Shown one piece after another: positions 37,315 to 45,713 of a DNA stretch of 64,000 nucleotides. The stretch is from the IMG/VR virus record IMGVR_UViG_3300032134_000001. One strand, 5' to 3'. Positions within the stretch are counted from its first letter, which is position 1, and each line of letters starts with the position of its first letter. Below the pieces are notes generated by a model, which saw only the letters and a program-made list of their open reading frames with translations, was not told the origin of the DNA and did not search any database. Source of the stretch: an uncultured virus (IMG/VR IMGVR_UViG_3300032134_000001). Taxonomy: Duplodnaviria; Heunggongvirae; Uroviricota; Caudoviricetes. A program made the position numbers and the translations under genes.

Positions 37315-38298
37315 TCAGGGGAGGTCGGCGGTGGTGAAGTCTTCGTCGTCGCCACCGAAGAGGGGCTCGCCGGACTGCTTCTTCTTGTAGGCGTAGAAGC
37401 CAGCGCCGCCGAGGATGGCGAGCAGGACGCCGCCGATGAGGAGCTTGTTGGGCCCCTCCTCCTCAACTGCACCCTCTTCGTCGTCGTAGGCTTCCTCGGC
37501 CGCAGCAGGCAGCTCGGCCTGGTACGGGTCCATGCCGCCACCGCCGCCGCCCCCGCCACCACCACCGCCACCGGTGAAGTAGCCGGAGCTGTCGAGGGCT
37601 TCGGGCTGGTACTCGGCCTGGTAGGCCTGCTCGGGGGTCGCGGCCTGGTAGGGGGACTCGTACTGAGCCTCCGTCGCCAGAGCCATCGCCTCCTCAGAGG
37701 TCCGGGGCAGAGCGATGGCCCTGCGGAGTTCGGCCTTGCGCCAACGGCCTCCCTTGCCCGGGGGCCCGACGCAGACCAGCTTGGTGCCGCTGGCCGTGGT
37801 CCGACGAGCGCCGGACTTGCAACGCTGCTGGGACAGCTTGAAGGGAGCCAGCCAGCTCTGGGGGGCGCGAACCTTGGCGGCCATCGCCTTCTTCCGGCGC
37901 ATCTCGCGAAGGGCAGCGCTCTTGACAGCAGCGGCCTTCATCGCGCGGACGCGCTGGATCTTCGGGACTGCCGTGCCCTTCAGGCCCCGCGACTGGCGGA
38001 GAGCCTTGCGGGTGGACTTCCGGTGGGTCCGAATCGCCTTGCGGCCTTCACGGCGAGCCTGGCGCTTCTCCTTGCCCTTCAGCCCGCGGGTCTCCTGGCG
38101 GAGAGTGCGGCGGGCGCTGCGGCGGGTCTTCCGACCCTTCCGGCGGGTCTTGCGGCGTGACTTCCGCTTCTTGCGTCGAGCCACGCGCTCTGCGCGCCCG
38201 GCGTAGTCGCCCAGGTCACCGAGATCACCCAACTCGAACTCGTCCTCTGCGTCGATACCGGCGAGGGTGAGGCCGCTGAAGATTGCGCCGAGGTCCAT
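37315..38298 (-). CDS. protamine-like basic protein with acidic leader (LGDLGDLGDYAG), poly-Gly linker and C-terminal TM
   Basis: Direct reading of the translation. Confidence 0.7.
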   Translation of the reverse strand: MDLGAIFSGLTLAGIDAEDEFELGDLGDLGDYAGRAERVARRKKRKSRRKTRRKGRKTRRSARRTLRQETRGLKGKEKRQARREGRKAIRTHRKSTRKALRQSRGLKGTAVPKIQRVRAMKAAAVKSAALREMRRKKAMAAKVRAPQSWLAPFKLSQQRCKSGARRTTASGTKLVCVGPPGKGGRWRKAELRRAIALPRTSEEAMALATEAQYESPYQAATPEQAYQAEYQPEALDSSGYFTGGGGGGGGGGGGGMDPYQAELPAAAEEAYDDEEGAVEEEGPNKLLIGGVLLAILGGAGFYAYKKKQSGEPLFGGDDEDFTTADLP

Positions 38299-38319
38299 GT
38301 GTGTCTCCGAAAATGCTGC

Positions 38320-41300
38320 TCAGCTATCGTCAGGCTTGTGGGCCCCGGTGAGCTGTTCCAGCCTCTGTTGTATAAGACTCCGCAGCCTTTCGGAATCCCG
38401 CGCGACATGTTCGAGTGCTGCAAGTGGGGAGTTCGCCGGGAAGCGGGTGGGGGTGCTGCCTGCGACCCATCGCGTTGGCTGGCGGTACGGGGCCGTGACG
38501 GGGACGGGAAGAGGAGGGATGGGGTCCGTGGAGCGAGGCACGATCTTGGGGGCGTGAGCCTTTCCGAGCTTGGCCTCGATCTTGTCCTGGGCTGCCTGGG
38601 CCCGCTTGACACGACGCTCCTCTCGGAGACTCAGCGTGTTCGCAGCCCGCGTGGTGGCGAGGAGCGCGTCCTTCGCCCCGCGCCGGAGCCCGGAGAGGTA
38701 GGTGCCGGGGTCCTCTGCGAAGCCTGACACGCCCGTCGTCAGCTCCTTGGGCTTCTTGTTGCTCAGCTCCACCAGCCAGCCGCCCGTGCGGCCGTCCGGG
38801 AGGCGATGCAGTAGCGGGCTTCCGCCGACCCACGGGGTCAGCTTCTCCAGGGCAGGGTAGGCATGGCCTGCCTCCACCAGCTCGGGGTCGGACTCGTAGA
38901 GAAGCTGCTGCCCGGCGAGCGCGATGGCCTTGTACTGGATGCCCAAGCTGTCATCACTCTGGCTGCGGTCGAGGGACTGCAGGTGCCCGTGGAGCGAGTT
39001 GAAGAACCGGTCGTCGCCCAGCACGTTGCGGATCTTCTTCTTCAGCTTCTTGGGGTTGGCCCCCTTGCGCGCGGCCTCGTACATGATGCGCAGCGCCACG
39101 CCATAGCGCCCGACCCGGTCGACGTCTTGGAGGTAGCCGATGGCTTCGGGAGTGAGCGTCCCGTCCACTCGCGCCCAAGGCGTGCCGTAGTTCCACCACT
39201 GCTTGGTGAGCTTGAAGAGCACGGGGTTGAAGGTGTAGTAGAGCCGGTCGCCCCGGTTCAGGTGCTTGGCCATCGCCTGGCCGTACTGGTCAGCGTGGAC
39301 GCTGCTCTGGGCTGCCTTCCTCACCCCCGCAGCGAGGCCGTAGCCCTTCGGGTCGCGAGGGTCCGCACGGTCCAACCCCTCCCGGGCTTCCAGTAGGGTC
39401 AGGCGCTTCCCGGTGTGGCCTGCAGGGGGGAGGCGTCCTGCGTTCTCTGCGACGATGCCGAGGGTCTGCTGCGCTGCCTGCAAGAGGCGCTGAGTGTGGG
39501 CGCCGCCCATGACCTGGTAGATGAAGAAGAGGCCCTGGAGGATCTTGTGTCGGCGCTCGTCCTCCTTGAGGTCGGCCATCTCCGCGGTCGAGAGGTGCTG
39601 AGCAGTGTCCTTCGTGGCTCCCTGCCGCCGTTCCATCTCTTCGCGGTCCGGCCCACTGCCAGGGAACAGGGACAGCGCCCTGATGGTTCCCACCAGGCGC
39701 GAGATTGCCGAGCCGGCCGCAGCCTTCGGAAGCAGCCCTGACCCGACCTGCTTGGTGACGATGAGCGTCGCGAGAGCGGTGCCCCCGTCGATCGGCTTGG
39801 ACCTGCCCACGCTGAGCTGGAGCTGGAGCTTCATGACCTCGCGGTTCAGCTGCCCGAGGAAGGTCTGGGACATCCGTGCCCGGACCTGCTCCAGCAGACC
39901 CTGGTTGTTGTCCTTCTTCGCCCGCGCTTCGTCCTGCTGGAGCCGCTGCCAGGAGAAGTGGTCCTCCGTGAAGGGCCTCCAGGTGAAGCGCTCTGGCAGG
40001 TTGGCGTCGATGCCAGGCACCACACCGACCAGCTCGTCCCCGCCAATGACGCGAGCGACGCTACCCTTGTCCTGCATGACGAGGGCCACAGGGCCCTGGG
40101 CCGCAGCCTTGACCAGGGGCACGAGCGGCAGCCCGTCGGGCTCAGTGGGGCTCTGCCGGATTGAGGCCAAGACCCGGCGCTCTGGCACCTCTGCCGAGAG
40201 CGCCTTCGGGACTCGGGCCAGGCTGACGGCCACGTCCTGCATCCAGCTCGCGAACCAGGCCGAAGTACGGAGGGCGCTGTCGCCAGCCTTGATGAGGCTC
40301 GCCAGGGGCTTGCCGTCGCCTCCACTCTGGATCGTCTTTTCGAGCCAGCGGAGGTTGGAGCCCATCGTGTAGATCGGGCTCCTCAGCTCACGGGCGATCT
40401 CCAAGATCTCGTTGTACTGAGAGGTCGTACACCGCGGGGCTGTGGCGAAGGGATCTGCCGGGACGGTCTCGACAGCACCGGTTGCCTTGTTGCGGACACG
40501 GGTCGTAGTGGACAGGGGGCGCCGCATGGGCTGCCAGGTGAAGAACGGGTCGTGCGCCTTGTTCGAGTTGGGGTCGAAGGGCGGGGAGAAGAGCGAGGAG
40601 AGCCGCTCCATCACGGTCGGAACTTGGCGCCAGGCCGTGAAGGCCAGGAAGCCCTCTCCGGGCACCTCGTAGAAGAAGGTGTCCGCCGGGAGCTGGTACT
40701 CCGAGAACATCTTCCCGCTCTGCGTCTTGGTCGCGGCCGAGGACCGCCCAGTCACGTCGACCGTCCGGGCGCCCCAGGCCTTCTTCGCCCGGCGCTGGCG
40801 GACAGCGGCCGAGGACAGGGCTCGCTCGACCTTGACCCCGACCGGGGGGCGGCCAGCTTCGGCTGCCGCGACCTTCTCCTTCACCTCGTCGCGCTGGGTC
40901 TTGATCGACGCAAGAAGCTGCTTCTCTCGCCGGGTGGCAGCGCTGAGAGCAGCTTTGAACTCAGCTTGATTGCTCTGGGCGTCGACCAGCCGGGCGTAGA
41001 GCGGGAGCGGCAGCGTATGGTCCATCCGAGCCAGGACCTGGCGCTGGTGCCGGCGCAGGTCATCGGTCAGGTTGTAGGAGGCTGCCTCTGCCCAGACGGC
41101 AGCCGTGGCAGCTTCCAGACTCTTCGTCCCGGTCGCCTGCATGGCCGCCTGGGCGAACTTCATGGTGCTGCTGATGCCAGAGAAGTCGTGGCGGGCCAGG
41201 GGAGAGGACTCACTGCTCTCGGCGCTGCGCAGGACTTCGACCCCTGCGATGAGGAAGGACACCCTCTCCATCGCCTGCATCGCTGTGAAGCGCTTGAGGA

Positions 41301-42876
41301 TCGGCGTCTTGGCCACCTTCTTGGCCGCGGCGTAGGCCGCGGTCAGGTTGGCGTCGCGGGTGCGGAGGTCAACTCCGATGTCCTGGCTGCTGTAGCGACC
41401 TCGCTGACCTCGCGTGGGCACTGCCTCGATGATGTCGCCTGCCTTCATCCGGCGGACGTCGGCAGCCGTGAAGTAGATGCGCCTCTTCTTCTGCGTGGCG
41501 TCAGGCTGGGCCTCCTGCCGCCGACCCCGGGGGGTGACCTGGGTGTAGCCGTCAGCCTTCAGGATGCGAGTGAGGATGGCGGCCACACCGTCGTAGTCGC
41601 CCGGCTCCGGCCAGCGCTTGCCGCGGCTGGTGTAGCTGCGCTTGAGCTTCGCCCAGACCTTGTCGGTGATGAGCTTGCGACCCAAGACCTTCTGGCCCGA
41701 GAGCCGGAGGACGTAGATGGAGCCGTCGATGGGGTTCCCGCACAGCTCCCCGAAGTACTTGCTTGGCGTGCGCCACTCCCGCTCGAACCGAGGCGGGTCG
41801 GGCAACACGAAGAAGTTCACAGCTCCAGACCGCTCCACTGCGGCGTGGTCAGACGAGAGGAGGGCAGCGGCTTCACGCTCTCCACTCCGGGCACCGTGCT
41901 CCGTGGTGCCAGGCTCTGAGGTGCCCAGCTCGCGCTCCCGCCTCTTCTCCCAGCGAGCGCTCTCCGAAGACAGGACTTCGCGGCGGCGGTCTCGTCCCTC
42001 CTTCCGCTCGTCAGCAGCCAGTCGCCGTGCGTGCTTGTCCGCGGCGTCGGCTGCTGCGATCTCAGCCTCTGTGGGCTCGGGGGCCGGGGGCTTCGGCTCC
42101 TTCTTCTTCGCCTCTCGCTCCGCAGCCTTCTGCTCCTTCACGGTCGCAGCTTCGGTCTCCGCGAGGGCAGCGGCCTGCTCCGCGACCTTCTGGACAGCCT
42201 GGACCTCCCCCAGCGCGACGGCCAGGCGGTCCCGGGCTCCCTTCTCCGTGACTCGGATGGCTTCGGCCAGCTCGCGGTCAGTAGCGGAGGACGCAAGGCT
42301 GAGCTGTTCGATCAGCTCCTTGCGGCGCTGGGCCATCGCAGGAGCACCCTTCCAAGCATCGCTCAGGGCGACCCATCGGATGTGGTCTTCGAGCACTCCG
42401 GCCTCCGCGAAGAAGCGCTCGGCATCCTCCCGGCGAAGTGGCCCCTGCTCCCGCTCGATGGCCTGGAGCTGAGCAGCAACCTGCTTGAGCTTCGCGGGCA
42501 GGGCCGGGCGGGACTGAGCCTCATCGTACAGCCGCTTCCAGCTCCCGTACTCCCGGAACCGCTGCTCCTCCTTCAAGGACCGACGGTGGGCCTTCTCTGC
42601 GGCTCGCTTCTCCTCCTGCGCAGCGGTGAGTGCAGCCTGAGCGGCCTCATGTGCCTCATCGGCTCCCGGATTCCAGCGAGCACGACGGCCACGGCCTCGC
42701 TTGGGCCGGCGGCGACCGGTGTTGGCTCGCGCTGCGTGGCTCAGGTCGGAGGCAGAGTGGCGCTTGACGAGACGCCCGTAGCGCACGTCCACCATGCCGG
42801 GCGTGAGGTCAACAGCCTCGACAACCCCGGCCTTCCCGCGGAACTGCACGGACTGACCTGGCGTGAACTTCGACAC
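38320..42876 (-). CDS. 1518-aa protein of unknown function with N-terminal SH3-like module and RRARWNP tag
   Basis: Long uninterrupted ORF in the structural block; GAGAGG SD before GTG. Confidence 0.75.
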   Translation of the reverse strand: MSKFTPGQSVQFRGKAGVVEAVDLTPGMVDVRYGRLVKRHSASDLSHAARANTGRRRPKRGRGRRARWNPGADEAHEAAQAALTAAQEEKRAAEKAHRRSLKEEQRFREYGSWKRLYDEAQSRPALPAKLKQVAAQLQAIEREQGPLRREDAERFFAEAGVLEDHIRWVALSDAWKGAPAMAQRRKELIEQLSLASSATDRELAEAIRVTEKGARDRLAVALGEVQAVQKVAEQAAALAETEAATVKEQKAAEREAKKKEPKPPAPEPTEAEIAAADAADKHARRLAADERKEGRDRRREVLSSESARWEKRRERELGTSEPGTTEHGARSGEREAAALLSSDHAAVERSGAVNFFVLPDPPRFEREWRTPSKYFGELCGNPIDGSIYVLRLSGQKVLGRKLITDKVWAKLKRSYTSRGKRWPEPGDYDGVAAILTRILKADGYTQVTPRGRRQEAQPDATQKKRRIYFTAADVRRMKAGDIIEAVPTRGQRGRYSSQDIGVDLRTRDANLTAAYAAAKKVAKTPILKRFTAMQAMERVSFLIAGVEVLRSAESSESSPLARHDFSGISSTMKFAQAAMQATGTKSLEAATAAVWAEAASYNLTDDLRRHQRQVLARMDHTLPLPLYARLVDAQSNQAEFKAALSAATRREKQLLASIKTQRDEVKEKVAAAEAGRPPVGVKVERALSSAAVRQRRAKKAWGARTVDVTGRSSAATKTQSGKMFSEYQLPADTFFYEVPGEGFLAFTAWRQVPTVMERLSSLFSPPFDPNSNKAHDPFFTWQPMRRPLSTTTRVRNKATGAVETVPADPFATAPRCTTSQYNEILEIARELRSPIYTMGSNLRWLEKTIQSGGDGKPLASLIKAGDSALRTSAWFASWMQDVAVSLARVPKALSAEVPERRVLASIRQSPTEPDGLPLVPLVKAAAQGPVALVMQDKGSVARVIGGDELVGVVPGIDANLPERFTWRPFTEDHFSWQRLQQDEARAKKDNNQGLLEQVRARMSQTFLGQLNREVMKLQLQLSVGRSKPIDGGTALATLIVTKQVGSGLLPKAAAGSAISRLVGTIRALSLFPGSGPDREEMERRQGATKDTAQHLSTAEMADLKEDERRHKILQGLFFIYQVMGGAHTQRLLQAAQQTLGIVAENAGRLPPAGHTGKRLTLLEAREGLDRADPRDPKGYGLAAGVRKAAQSSVHADQYGQAMAKHLNRGDRLYYTFNPVLFKLTKQWWNYGTPWARVDGTLTPEAIGYLQDVDRVGRYGVALRIMYEAARKGANPKKLKKKIRNVLGDDRFFNSLHGHLQSLDRSQSDDSLGIQYKAIALAGQQLLYESDPELVEAGHAYPALEKLTPWVGGSPLLHRLPDGRTGGWLVELSNKKPKELTTGVSGFAEDPGTYLSGLRRGAKDALLATTRAANTLSLREERRVKRAQAAQDKIEAKLGKAHAPKIVPRSTDPIPPLPVPVTAPYRQPTRWVAGSTPTRFPANSPLAALEHVARDSERLRSLIQQRLEQLTGAHKPDDS

Positions 42877-42879
42877 CTC

Positions 42880-43263
42880 TCACATGCTCGCGGCCAGGAT
42901 GACGTCCACAGTGGCGTTGGGACCTCCTGCGGGCACGGTGAAGGTGGCGCCAATCATGTTGCAGATCAGCCTTGTAGCGACCAAGAGGGGCGTGCCCAGG
43001 ATGACAGCCTGGGGGATAGTCACCGGGAAGTAGCGAGGCTGAGCAGCGAGATTGTCCACAGCGAACAGGGGGTTGAAGGTACAACCGGCCGGACCCGCAG
43101 CCATGACGCAGTACCAGACGCACGCAGGGAGCGTGTTGCTCTGCAGCTCTGCGAGGTTGACCCCAGAGGTCGTGCCCTGAAGCACGACGAGCGGGAAGCG
43201 CCGAGCGATCTTCGCAGAAGCGAGGACCTGACCACCTGAGATGACGTTGCGAACGAGAGGCAT
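42880..43263 (-). CDS. small beta-rich virion protein candidate
   Basis: Strand pattern; downstream of the capsid candidates. Confidence 0.55.
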   Translation of the reverse strand: MPLVRNVISGGQVLASAKIARRFPLVVLQGTTSGVNLAELQSNTLPACVWYCVMAAGPAGCTFNPLFAVDNLAAQPRYFPVTIPQAVILGTPLLVATRLICNMIGATFTVPAGGPNATVDVILAASM

Positions 43264-43264
43264 G

Positions 43265-43879
43265 TCAGTACATCGCCGCCTGGAAGTGGATGTTGGGCCC
43301 GAGGCCCCCGATGTTGTCCCACTGGAGCTGGAGCTGCCAGTAGCGAATCGGGTAGCCCTCGCCCAGCGTCTCGAACACCAGAACGATGGAGTCCGGCTGG
43401 TCCGTTCCGAGCATGACCTCGGAGCTGATGTCGATGCGAGGGGTCACACGCACGACAGGGTCGCGTCCAATCTGAGCCGGAAAGCCAGTGGACGGAGGTG
43501 TGGGGATGCCGACAGCTCGGGTTGGCCCGGCCTGCGTCACGTTGCCCCAGGTGGTGTTGGCTGACTCTCGGTACCCGACACGGAGGTTGTCCGTGTTCGT
43601 GACGGGGTTGATGAGGTTGAAGAACTGAATGTAGAGCCGAGCGCCGGAGTCCCAGATGGGCACACCGGTCTTCACCCCTCCTGGCTGGGAGGAGCGAAGA
43701 TCAGGGCGCAGGTCGAAGGTGGGGGTGTGCCAGGTAGCGAGGTCGTCGCCTCCCGGACCCACACCAACCCACGGTACAGGCATCCCCGGCTGGGTAGACC
43801 AAAGCGTAGTCGGAATCTCCTTCGCCGCAGGCGAAGGGATACTTCCGTAGGGGTTCCTGTAGTTCTCTTCGCGGCCCAC
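43265..43879 (-). CDS. beta-rich virion protein candidate (minor capsid/penton-like)
   Basis: RLYIQF, LRVGY, IRYWQLQLQW, IHFQAAMY strands. Confidence 0.55.
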   Translation of the reverse strand: MGREENYRNPYGSIPSPAAKEIPTTLWSTQPGMPVPWVGVGPGGDDLATWHTPTFDLRPDLRSSQPGGVKTGVPIWDSGARLYIQFFNLINPVTNTDNLRVGYRESANTTWGNVTQAGPTRAVGIPTPPSTGFPAQIGRDPVVRVTPRIDISSEVMLGTDQPDSIVLVFETLGEGYPIRYWQLQLQWDNIGGLGPNIHFQAAMY

Positions 43880-43891
43880 GGGCGGCTCCGA

Positions 43892-44473
43892 TCAGAAGGA
43901 GAAGTTCCGGGGTCCGCGCATCTCCAGGCACACCAGCGTGATGTCGATCCGAATGGTCGAGGCAGCCAGGGGAATGAGAAGAGGCGTGATGCCCAAGAGA
44001 AGCGTGGCTCCCTGGTCGATGTTGTAGCCGTGCCCGCCGATCTCACCGGGGTTCTCCGCCGTGCCCACCACAGTCGAAGCCAGCCGGGCGGCGGTCTGGA
44101 GCCGGTCCCCCGTCGTGTACTCCGACCTGAACAGGTAGGTGAGGTTCATGTTCTGCTCGGTGACCGTGTTCGGGACCGGCTGCATCGCACCTGCGTTGGT
44201 GAAGTGCGACATGGCTCCGTTGATGGCGATCAACCGGCAGGGCAAGTCGAACTGCACCGTGCGGATGGCCTCGGTGTTGATGGCGAAGTCAGCCTGGTTG
44301 CTGTCCATGCCTGCCGAGTACATGCGCACCTGGTAGCCGACGTTGACGTCGGTGCTGTACCAGGGGGCTGTCGGGTAGAACGGGAACCGGACGAACGGCT
44401 GGACACCACCCCCACCCAGCTGGGCGGAAGTGGGCATCGAGACGAGTGCCTGGCGCTGCTGGTGATCGGACAT
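43892..44473 (-). CDS. candidate single jelly-roll capsid protein 2
   Basis: About eight alternating strands, ends IRIDITLVCLE; has its own late-promoter element. Confidence 0.45.
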   Translation of the reverse strand: MSDHQQRQALVSMPTSAQLGGGGVQPFVRFPFYPTAPWYSTDVNVGYQVRMYSAGMDSNQADFAINTEAIRTVQFDLPCRLIAINGAMSHFTNAGAMQPVPNTVTEQNMNLTYLFRSEYTTGDRLQTAARLASTVVGTAENPGEIGGHGYNIDQGATLLLGITPLLIPLAASTIRIDITLVCLEMRGPRNFSF

Positions 44474-44507
44474 CGGGTTCCTCTCGCTGCGAGATAGCTA
44501 CTTGAGC

Positions 44508-44562
44508 ACCTTACCGGACCAGCTCTTCCTGGGCACGGCAGCGCTTGAACATGGAGGGCTAC
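44508..44562 (-). promoter_or_regulatory. putative late promoter GTAGCCC(44562)...GTGCCC...TAAGGT(44513)
   Basis: 49-nt offset with a one-mismatch upstream box. Confidence 0.6.
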
Positions 44563-44653
44563 AAAGCGCCCCGCGTTATGGTGCGGGGATGAGAAGCAAC
44601 TTCCCGGCCATGGAGATCACGACCAGCCCCCAGTGAGGGGTCGAGGAGTGATC

Positions 44654-44860
44654 GTGAACCACAAGAGGAAGGGCCCCAAGTCTACGCGGGCCGGCTGCTT
44701 GCTGTGCAAGCCCCACAAGCACCAGGGGCACCGGAGTGCCCGCTGGTCCCGGCAGGAGCAGCGAGCCCGTACAGCCGAAGCTGAGCAGCGTGTAGAAGCT
44801 GCTTCTCCAGACACAGAACCCCCGCCACCCGAGGGTGACGAGGGTCCGTGCAGTCGGTAG
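44654..44860 (+). CDS. small basic CxxC protein inserted antisense between the capsid candidates
   Basis: GAGGAG SD, NHKRKGPKSTRAGCLLCKPHK. Confidence 0.5.
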   Translation: MNHKRKGPKSTRAGCLLCKPHKHQGHRSARWSRQEQRARTAEAEQRVEAASPDTEPPPPEGDEGPCSR

Positions 44861-44890
44861 CAGAAGCCCGAAGGCTCCTGCCAGCAGGGC

Positions 44891-45601
44891 TCAGCCCAGC
44901 TCGATGACCGACTTGTAGTAGCCGAGGAGCACGATGCGGACGGCGACGCCCTGGCCCGTCGCTCCGAGACCGGACGCACGGGACCCGAACTGCACCAGGA
45001 CGGCGAAGGTCGAGTTGCCCGGCAGGGCCACGGGGTGACGACGGTACATCCAGATGCCGCCGTTGCCGTTGCCCATGGAACCGGAGTTCGCACCAGCAGC
45101 GTTCTGTGCGATGGCACCGAACGCGCCTCCGCCAGCACCGGCCAACATCAGGGGGCAGATGAACACCTGGGTCTGGGTGAAGTCCCAGAGCAGCACGCCG
45201 TTGTTGATGACGTTCTGGAGGTCGCTGACGAGGCCGAGGGTGTTGGCTCCGGCAACGCCGTCGGCGTTGAAGGGCACGTCGAGCTGGTCGTTGGCTGCGT
45301 CCCAGGCCATGACCTGACCGGCGACGCCGAACACGTCGTAGGCCTGGCCGGACGGGATTCGACCAGCTTCCTTGAGGTTGGTCTCGGTCACGGTCATGGC
45401 CGTGGGGAAGCCCTGGCCGGTCTGCCCGAGGGGCGTCGCGAACAGGCGGTTGCTGGTGTTGGCCAGCGCCGTGGCGGCAGCGGCCGCGCCGAGGGCGACA
45501 GTGCTGTAGAGGGTGATCTCACCGAACCGGAAGAGGTTCGAGGGCTGGTGCTGCGGGACACCGGGAATCGGGCCGGCACCGGGAGAGACGAGGGGCTGCA
45601 T
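44891..45601 (-). CDS. candidate major capsid protein (single jelly-roll type)
   Basis: LYST...LFATPLGQ...TETNLKEAGRIPSG..YDVFGV...VALPGNSTFAVLVQF...VRIVLLGY; Gly/Ala/Thr-rich, strongly biased codons; fold inferred, not computed. Confidence 0.5.
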   Translation of the reverse strand: MQPLVSPGAGPIPGVPQHQPSNLFRFGEITLYSTVALGAAAAATALANTSNRLFATPLGQTGQGFPTAMTVTETNLKEAGRIPSGQAYDVFGVAGQVMAWDAANDQLDVPFNADGVAGANTLGLVSDLQNVINNGVLLWDFTQTQVFICPLMLAGAGGGAFGAIAQNAAGANSGSMGNGNGGIWMYRRHPVALPGNSTFAVLVQFGSRASGLGATGQGVAVRIVLLGYYKSVIELG

Positions 45602-45713
45602 GGTAGCTCCGTGAAGCTGGTTGAAGAGAAGAACTGATGAAGCGAAGAAAGGGGATGGGGCACTCAGGTGGGGGACGAAGCTCCCGAAGAAGCTCCTTCC
45701 CCCTCACTGAACG

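Noticed and set aside
37533..37575. CCG/CCA trinucleotide run
   Set aside because: Simply encodes a poly-Gly linker.
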